Below are positions 56,076 through 64,000 of a stretch of 64,000 nt of DNA, piece by piece (positions within the stretch are counted from its first letter, which is position 1; each line of letters starts with the position of its first letter). The notes below the pieces were generated by a model that was not told where the DNA came from, made no database searches, and saw nothing but the letters and a program-made list of their open reading frames with translations. Both the position numbers and the translations under genes were made by a program. Source of the DNA: Octopus bimaculoides (lineage: Eukaryota). The stretch is taken from assembly GCF_001194135.2 (NCBI RefSeq), contig NC_068984.1, positions 30,156,693-30,220,692 on the forward strand, written 5' to 3'.

Positions 56076-57363
56076 ATAGTAAATTTGGTTCATGATGTGC
56101 TTATAGTATGTTTTCAAAGAGAAAAATGTTTCTGAGAATGTGGCGAATATTAACTAAGAGTGAGAGAGAGAGAGAGGGGGAGGGGGTAGATGAGAGAGAG
56201 AAAGAGAGAGAGAGAGAATAATATGTATGTCATCTTTTACTGTGTACATTTTAACTTAGTTGCAGATCAGATTGTTTGTGTTTCAGCTCTTACAAGTTGA
56301 CATGTCTTGCTGTCAAATTTAACCACTAACAGCCAAATGGTGATTAATGTGGACGTTTGGCTGCTGTCTGTTCCAAATTTTCTTGTCTGCTTTTCTCTGC
56401 TGGTGTCTTCCACTTTGAAGAAAATTAAATTAGGATACCCTGATTTGCAATCAAAAATTTTCTGATTGGAAATTAGTCTATATTTTTAATGAGAAATAAA
56501 CCTGCTGCATCATTCCCTTCAGGAGATGTTGGCTTCTTAACAATGAGTGAATCTGAACAGAAATAGTGAATAAACAATAAATGCTAGGAGAAACTATAAT
56601 ATAGTTTTACTGCACCCATGAAAAAAAAAAACGTGCATGTGTGGAATAAGACCAGAAATATTTATAGGAACCTGGAGAGAAATTATGAACTGCTATATAC
56701 ATGAACGTGTGACGAGTGTGTGTGTGTATGAAATGATTGCTGTAGACTCACATTCAAGTGGGTCTCAAAATGGTGCAGTACTGGATTGCATATACATATC
56801 AAACTATATTCAATTGAATCTGTTTTCAAATGTTTATTAATATGGTCAGTAGTGTGAAACAATGTCACCAAATAGATATGAATACGAATACTGTTATTCA
56901 CAGGCTATGGTAGAACAGAAGCACTTCTGACAGTACATGAATGGTTGGTAGGTAACTTCAAAGAAGTACTCAAGCCATTGGTGTGGGTAACTGTTGTGGA
57001 TAAACTAAGTAGAATAAGGTGTGTAGTATGTAGTGAGATGGCTGAGTAAAGTTTCTCAGTGTATACCATGATCAAGACAAGGTTGTAGATATTAAAGGCT
57101 GGAGATATTAAATCATTGAAAGTTGCAGTGCAAAATGCATAGTTTGTGTTTTTTTATTGAAATAACAAGAAAAATTGACAGATGGTGTTAATAAGACTTG
57201 TCAAGTAAAGCTGTATTACAAGTTAAAAAGCAGATGAAAAAGAACATATTGTTGCTAGGTACAGCATCCAACACAAATGGTAACAGGAATTTAGAGTTTA
57301 TTGTTGACTCAGATTAGGAAACAGTTACTGAAGGACCACATATACATATGTACATGGACATGC

Positions 57364-57520
57364 TCATCATCATCATCATCATTTAAAATCTGTTTTCCAT
57401 ATTGACATGTATTGGACTGTTTGACAGGAGCTGGATAGGCAGAAGACTGCAACAGGCTTTACTCTCCATTTTGGCATGGATTTTGTAGCTGGATGCCCTT
57501 CCTAACACCAACCACCCTAC
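57364..57520 (-). mobile_element. RTE-type 3' tail fragment
   Basis: (cat)n..gttttccat..gtagctggatgcccttcctaacaccaacc. Confidence 0.75.
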
Positions 57521-57596
57521 TGAGAGGATTGTTGAGATCTGTTCTTCTATGATGTATATCCTTATATGTGCATGCGTCTGTGTGTGTGTGTATGTG

Positions 57597-57633
<37 letters not shown>

Positions 57634-58392
57634 ATGTGTGTCATTGTTCTTAGTAGCACTATGACAGGAGACAAAGGCTTGACAAAATCAACCTCATCCT
57701 CCTTCAAAGTTACCATGTTATTGATTCTTTTATGCAGGACTTGGTCTACAGAGTCCTCAACAGCATTAGCATAAAGGAAGTGCTCAGCAAAGAAGAAAAT
57801 AAATTCTCTGACAAGACAAAGCTGCCACTACCGATGACGAACACATAGTTAAAACAGACTTATTAGTGTAAATTTATAGATTCTGAATGGTCATGAATCT
57901 CGGTATGATTTTCATCCTTTCCTGCCTCTTTTTCATCTTTTAACATAATCGTTATTTCTTTCAAAGTACTCCTTACACAACTTCTTGGCACCCAAAATTA
58001 TTCCTTGGTCCAATGGCAAAACAACTTAAGATATGTTAGAAAGCTAAAAAGGCATTTAATTTTTGCAAATTCATACTAATTATTCAGCATTAGATTGAGC
58101 AGTAACAATCGCTTAACATTTTGAGTAGAAATCTTCACAACATATTCGCTAAGCACTTAAGAAATATTTCTTGTTTTCTCTATTTCATTTTGCTTTTGCT
58201 TTTTCTTATTTTGCTTCCTTCCAATTTTGTTCTGTGTAATAGTTCTTTCATTTGTGTGTGTGTGTGTGTGTGTGTGAAGAAGTATCTGAACTACCGTAAT
58301 GAACTTAATGAAAGTGAATTTCAATGAAGTGAATTGTTTTGTGGATAAAGAATAGGTTTTACTTGGAAGTGAGTAAGATGGATCCTTCATAT

Positions 58393-58672
58393 AATAATAA
58401 TAATAACAACAATAATAATAATAATAATGATAATAATAATAATAACAACAACAACAACAATAATAATGATTTCAAATTTTGACACAAGGCCAGCAATTTT
58501 TTGGGAGAGGCTAAATCAATTACGTCAATCCCAGTGTTTGAGTAGTATTTATTTTATTGACTCCAAAGGATGAAAGGCAAAGTCAGTCTTGGCAGAATTT
58601 GAACAAAGAATGTAAAGAGTTGAAATGCCACTAAGCATTTTGCCCAGCATGCTAACAATTCTGCCAGTTGCT
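58393..58672 (-). mobile_element. SINE family A with (ATT/GTT)n tail
   Basis: Reverse copy ttcaaattttgacacaaggcc..aaaggatgaaaggcaaagtc..ccactaagcattttgcccagcatgctaacaattctgccag. Confidence 0.85.
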
Positions 58673-58799
58673 GATGATTATGGCAACGACGACAATGATG
58701 ACAACAATGGCGATGACGATGACAAAAACAATGATGATGATGATGATGATGATGGCAATGACGACAATGACAGCGATGATGATGATGATAATGATGACT

Positions 58800-58833
<34 letters not shown>

Positions 58834-58840
58834 CGATTAT
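58672..58840. repeat. Long compound (GAT/GAC/AAT)n trinucleotide array
   Basis: Read directly; source of the poly-Asp and poly-His ORFs. Confidence 0.95.
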
Positions 58841-60857
58841 ATGTTGAATAGCATTCTGTAATTAATTTTCTCAATGTATCTTAAACAGTGCTTCAAAATA
58901 ATTATTCTCTGATGTTTAAAAATATACAAGTTGACACTTTGTTAAGTGAAAGAGAATTTAAAACAAAAGAGGATTTGAAGATGTGAGTAGAAGAATTAAA
59001 GATATTAACACCATAGATAGACAAAGAATATTTTCAGTGTGGTTTTCACAAGTATTGGAGAGGTGAAAATCATAGATGTACTAATACCAGAACTTGCAAA
59101 ATTACTCACAGCCTGTTTAAGAGCCATGTCCCTATCAAAGCACTGCTCATCAGGAACAGGTCAGAAATCATGGTTCTACTATAACCTGATTAATAGTAAA
59201 GGGCATTTTCACATGTCCTCCATCCACGAAATCCGCTCACAAGGATTTGGTTGGCCCAAGGTTATACTAGAAGACACAGAATATACAAAAGAAGAGCTAG
59301 ATAGTGATAACAACAGGAAAAGATGGAAGAGTGAGTGAGGATATTCCTTGGAGTGCACTGAAGCATTCGATAAACTTCTACAAAACATGGGTATTCTCAA
59401 TTAGTCAGTAACCGATAAGTGTGGCTGAAGTAAAGACAGCTAAAGAAATGAAGGGATGGAATAACAGGGTGAGGGACAAAACATTCAACAATGGAGAAAA
59501 CTAGAGCAATGACAAAGAAAGAAAAAGAATTGGCCACAAGTTAACAGTATGCAAATAACCATTCATGATGAAAGAAAATCTCAATAATAGATTATCACAT
59601 AGAGAGGCTGAAACAACGGTGACTAAGTTGGAGAAAATATAACAGGTAACAGGAAAGAGAAAACAGTAGAAGTAAAACACAAATATATAAACTAGGATTA
59701 GTTTGCTTTGATCGTTTGGGTGGATAGTAGTAGGTGGTGGCAGACTGAAAACAAGGATGCCTGTGTGCACACATCTTTGCTTGAAACAGACATTAAATCT
59801 CTCTCAAGCCTCATCTGGTTGTTTTGATAACAATGAAGGAAGGATACATCATATAAAATATTGTTCAATATACAATGAGAGTTAAACAACAAGATTTACA
59901 AAACCATCTAACCCAATCATTTATAAGAGTTTAATGGAAAGAATAACAAATGTTAAATAGCTCTGCATATGACAAACATAAACACTGTAAATACAATGGG
60001 TGCCCAATGCAAATGAATCAATTCTTCTTCATTGTCATTATTGTCATTGTCATCATCGACATTATCGTCATCACATCACCATCACCTTCATTTCAAAATA
60101 TAAAATGGAAATTAAAACCAGGAAGTTAAATATCAACAAATAAATATTTTTAACAACAATCATATATTTCTTGCAAAAATTGCTGATCTCTTCAATAATA
60201 CGTTTATATTCATTTTGTAAATAATTGATAACTTTACTGAAGCAACAAATAAAATTTGGAATCAAAATGACCTTTACATTATAAATTTAGAAGTAATGGC
60301 TGTTATTCCAAAGGGAATGAGCATTTAAGTAAAGAAGATCATATTTTAAACATAAATATTGCTATCCCTTGCCAAGGGATGTTATATTAGCAATTATTAG
60401 TCTTTGTCACTCTTGATAATATTTCCTCATTAAAATTACAGATTTCTGGATCAAGTTATAAGTTGTTAATATCCATTAACAGCTTACACATCATATGAAA
60501 TTATGCCCACTCAAGTGAATACAACTGAATCTTTATTTGTAGGTTGCATATAACAGTTTTCATCATAAAATCCATTTGGTTAATGGAATACAGTTTTCAA
60601 ATTATTTCTGAAGGTTCATAGATGAACAATTTCTGTGAGATTAACGAACAGAAATATTAACTACGTTATCAGACAAAACTTTATTGTAGAAATGAAAATA
60701 TCTTCTTCCATAAACAGAACATATACTGATTGTTTGTTTCATACACCCTAACCTCCCAAGTAGACACTACTCTTAATTTTCAGATGATTGGTAAAATTAT
60801 AGCCATCTATGAAAATACCTCTTCCGACAATTTAAATGCAAGTATCCCAGTTATCCC

Positions 60858-61210
60858 AGCAAAGCTGTGTGGTTAAGAAACTCACTTTGCAACTATATGG
60901 CTTCAAATTCAGTCCTACAGCACAATACCTTGGGTGTTTTTTACTATATCTCTATACTGATCAATGCCTTGTGAATAAATTTGGTGGATGGATACTATGC
61001 TGAAGCTTGTAATATTTACATGTGTTTGTGTGTGTGTGTGTACCTGTGTTTGTCCCATTGCCACTACTACTACTTGATAACCAGTGTTGGTTTGTTTATG
61101 TCCCTGTAATTTAGTGATTCGGTGAAATACCTGGGTCAATGTATTCAACTGAAACCTTTCAAGCCAGTGCCCCAGCATGACTGCAGTCCAATGACTGAAA
61201 CAAGTAAAGT
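60858..61210 (+). mobile_element. Diverged CORE-type SINE (family B)
   Basis: agctgtgtggttaagaa..caataccttgggtgt..gccttgtgaataaatttggt..tail caatgactgaaacaagtaaa. Confidence 0.7.
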
Positions 61211-62907
61211 ATATATGATAAAAGATAAATCAAAACATGCCATTGTAATTTTCATTTTAATTGCTTAGAGGAGTTAAGAGTAGCACCAATGACACTTTCC
61301 AAGACTTTCATGGTCGGCAAGAGAAAGAAAAAAACAGATGTTTGTAAAAGAGAGAGGAATTCATGATTTAAGATCAAGTTCTTCTGAAGTCAGCATCACC
61401 TTGTAGCCAGAGTGATGGATTGCCAGCATTGCTAAATTTTCAGATGAGTAACTTGCAGTGTTTCTTCCAACTTTTTGTATTCTGAGTTCTTGGGTAATTT
61501 TCTAAGTTGTTACCAAGTCTAACACCACTACATGCACTTTGAGTGTCTTCAATGGATTTCACTCTGTTGCAAGCATTAAGGTCAAGCCTTAAAGATAACT
61601 TCCTGAAGCCCAGTCTTGAAAGCCCTGAAAAATAAAAAAAGGACCACAGGCTCTGCCTTTCCTCTTTGATTATATGTTATAAAAAACAAGATACCTTGAT
61701 GTGAAGAAATGGCATGAAACTAAATGATAATCCTTCCCCTCATTTGAAAAAATACTGAACCTCAGGCCAGACTAGATAATATATTTTAGAGATTTGAAGA
61801 CCACTTATCTACATTGATGCTACTGACAAAGACATGCAACATGAACCTGAGAACTTTCCAAAGCTAATAGGTACAGAAATTCTTAGTGTAGCATGATGAG
61901 ATGCATCTTTGATATGTTGTACTAAAAGACAAAAGCAATATAGGAATTATATTCTATATGTGGAACACTTTTATGAAGAAAAGATATACAGCCTCACTGG
62001 AGACAGTAGGAATATAAAGAAGTATCCATGAAAAGATAACATATAGAGCACTTATCAAAAGCATTGAGATCGATATCTTCATAAGATCACTTTTACAGAA
62101 TTACAATGTTATAAATTTGAAGAATAGAAATTTTAATGTTAAAGCATCATTGATAAATTGCATAGTGTAGCAACATCAAGTATAGTCAATAACCATGAGA
62201 AGAAGTAACCATCAGAAAGTGTGAATCCAAAAGTACAACACAAACAGAATATGTTGCAAATAAAAATGTTTCCTACAAATTTGTCACCTCTCTAAGTTTT
62301 GATTTTATATATTTCTGTGAGATATACAAATAAATAAGTACACAATACAATGATTGATATCAAGTGAGTTATCTTTTGACACTATATGATTATTTTTGAT
62401 CAATTGTGTTAACTAGATAGCATACTTACAAGTAGCTGCTCAGCTCGGAAATAAGAGTCATAGCTATTAAAGCTTGGCAGAAAGAAACAAAAATTACAAA
62501 GTTTAATTTGTTTACTTGAAATTTCAATCAGTTTATTAAATCTAGAACTTATTTGGGTAATTTTTTTTCTTTATTTAACAGCAATATTACTCAAGTTTTA
62601 ATCTACTTAAATTATTGAACACGTTGTGGATAGAACTTACAATATTTCATTTCAGGCAGTATTTCTATAGTTTTATTCCCTTAAACATATGTAAAGTGTA
62701 TAAATATATAGTAGTTTAGGTAATATTTAGTTTAATTTCCATCAGTAGCAAATTACATAATGGTTTCGTGGTTATGTTAACTGATTGTTTCCAGGTAACC
62801 TTAAATATGCTTACTTTTACTCATCATAGGCTTCACACCACTACCATTGCTACAACAGCTTTCATCATCATCAATAACACCAATATCATCATCACTTCCT
62901 CACTCAT

Positions 62908-63029
62908 AAGGTATTGTTCAGAATGAGGCTACTGTAGAAGACATTTGTCCGAGGAGCCACATAGTGAAACTTATACTAAAACCACATGATGTGAAGTGAA
63001 CTTCTTAGACACACAGCTATGCCTGTGCC
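62908..63029 (-). mobile_element. CORE-type SINE 5' fragment
   Basis: Reverse complement ggcacaggcatagctgtgtg..gacaaatgtcttctacagtagcc. Another family B fragment lies at 59216-59280. Confidence 0.6.
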
Positions 63030-63054
63030 AAAAATGGAAATATTAACTCCACCA

Positions 63055-63420
63055 TTTGAGCATGATCGTTACCAGCGTCACCTACTGGCACTTTTGCCGG
63101 TGGCACGTTAGAAAATCATTCGAGCGAGGTCGTTGCCGGTGTCGCTGGACTGGCTCCTGTGCAGGTGGCATGTAAAAAACTCCATGTTGAGCGTGGCCAT
63201 TGCCAGTACCGCATGACTGGCCCTCGTGCCAGTGGCACGTAAAAGCACCCACTACACTCTTGGAGCGGTTGGCGTTAGGAAGGGCATCCAGCCATAGAAA
63301 CTCTGCCAGATCAGATTGGAGCCTGGTTCAGCCATCCAGTTCACCAGACCTCAGTCAAATCGTCCAACCCATGCTAGCATGGAAAGCAGACGTTAAACGA
63401 TGATGGATGATGATAATGAT
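63055..63420 (+). mobile_element. RTE-type 3'UTR/tail insertion, relatively young
   Basis: Internal repeats ggtggcacgt(a)aaaa, block ggttggcgttaggaagggcatccagc, tail gcagacgttaaacgatgatg; several CpGs retained. Confidence 0.9.
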
Positions 63421-64000
63421 TCATGTAAGGATTACTATTTTACCAGTCATAAGCATTCCATGATTTCTGACTTCTACTGAGTTTCAATTGTCTTGTGGTT
63501 ACAATCTTCTTGTACTTACCTCTCTACAAGCCCTATTTTTAAACAGAGAGGTTCTTATATAATTCCTTAACCTCTTGGACAGGTTTCATAGATTAAATAG
63601 CCTATATGCTGTGCTGTTCTTGGCCAATGTTCAGCTTTTATATTGCTTACAGATTCACTGTATTTTGTTATTCAAATTCTTATAATGAGATATATTCACA
63701 GAGGATTTTAAGTTTATCTATATTTCATACATTTGAGACAACAAAGATGTTAAGAATTGTGTTAGGTTGTTATTTTTCTGGGATATATGTTTTCCATTTA
63801 TATCACTTATATGTAAACATCATCGTCAGAACAAACAGCTTTAGCCTAATACTGTACATATTTGACAAGAATTTTTTGAAGCAGTTTAAATAGTGGGACT
63901 CATAACTTAGCATGTTGTTGTTTAGATGAGTCTAGGACATTTACCCCGCCCCCATGGACAATTACCCCCTAGGACAACAGATGATGATTTAAAACTTCTT

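Larger units (their letters stand above)
22100..64000 (-). other. Putative large intron-rich host transcription unit (unidentified gene)
   Basis: CpG decay across the span, A>T skew on the plus strand in spot-checked lines (not computed genome-wide), and several minus-strand acceptor/donor pairs. No recognisable protein; boundaries and strand are inferred. Confidence 0.35.

Noticed and set aside
58554-58874. Poly-His (minus) and poly-Asp (plus) ORFs
   Set aside because: Translation of a (GAT/GAC)n array fused to a SINE head; no splice context or domain.
59501-59770. 89-aa hydrophobic minus ORF (also 44913-45113)
   Set aside because: Its F/L/I/Y-rich composition mirrors a purine- or AT-rich opposite strand; no recognisable domain.
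63930-63980. Repeated ggacaattacccc motif
   Set aside because: Probably a subterminal repeat of a non-autonomous DNA element cut by the window edge; too little sequence to call.

Overview
AT-rich, microsatellite-laden eukaryotic genomic DNA with three assembly gaps (7345-7656, 49436-49835, 50908-51059). The tRNA-headed SINE families and RTE-type (GAT)n tails resemble those of coleoid cephalopods, most likely Octopus; this taxon call is an inference. I can support no intact, recognisable host gene, structural RNA gene or CRISPR array. The window is mostly decayed transposons: mariner, Tc1 and pogo-type DNA elements and MITEs; RTE, CR1, Penelope-like and gypsy remnants; and many SINE copies. 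Most supplied ORFs are microsatellite, N-gap or TE artefacts. The most notable structures are: (1) a CpG-retained to CpG-decayed step near 22.1 kb, with within-family repeat controls, suggesting a methylated gene body from about 22 kb to the window end, probably transcribed on the minus strand, with several short candidate exons; (2) an NRF1/E2F-like motif cluster at 17.5 kb; (3) a 540-bp foldback at 21.2-21.8 kb plus inverted SINE pairs that could form dsRNA; (4) a three-level CR1>RTE>SINE nest with a visible target-site duplication; (5) a near-perfect inverted duplication across an assembly gap. I found no convincing novel system; the leads below are hypotheses to test.
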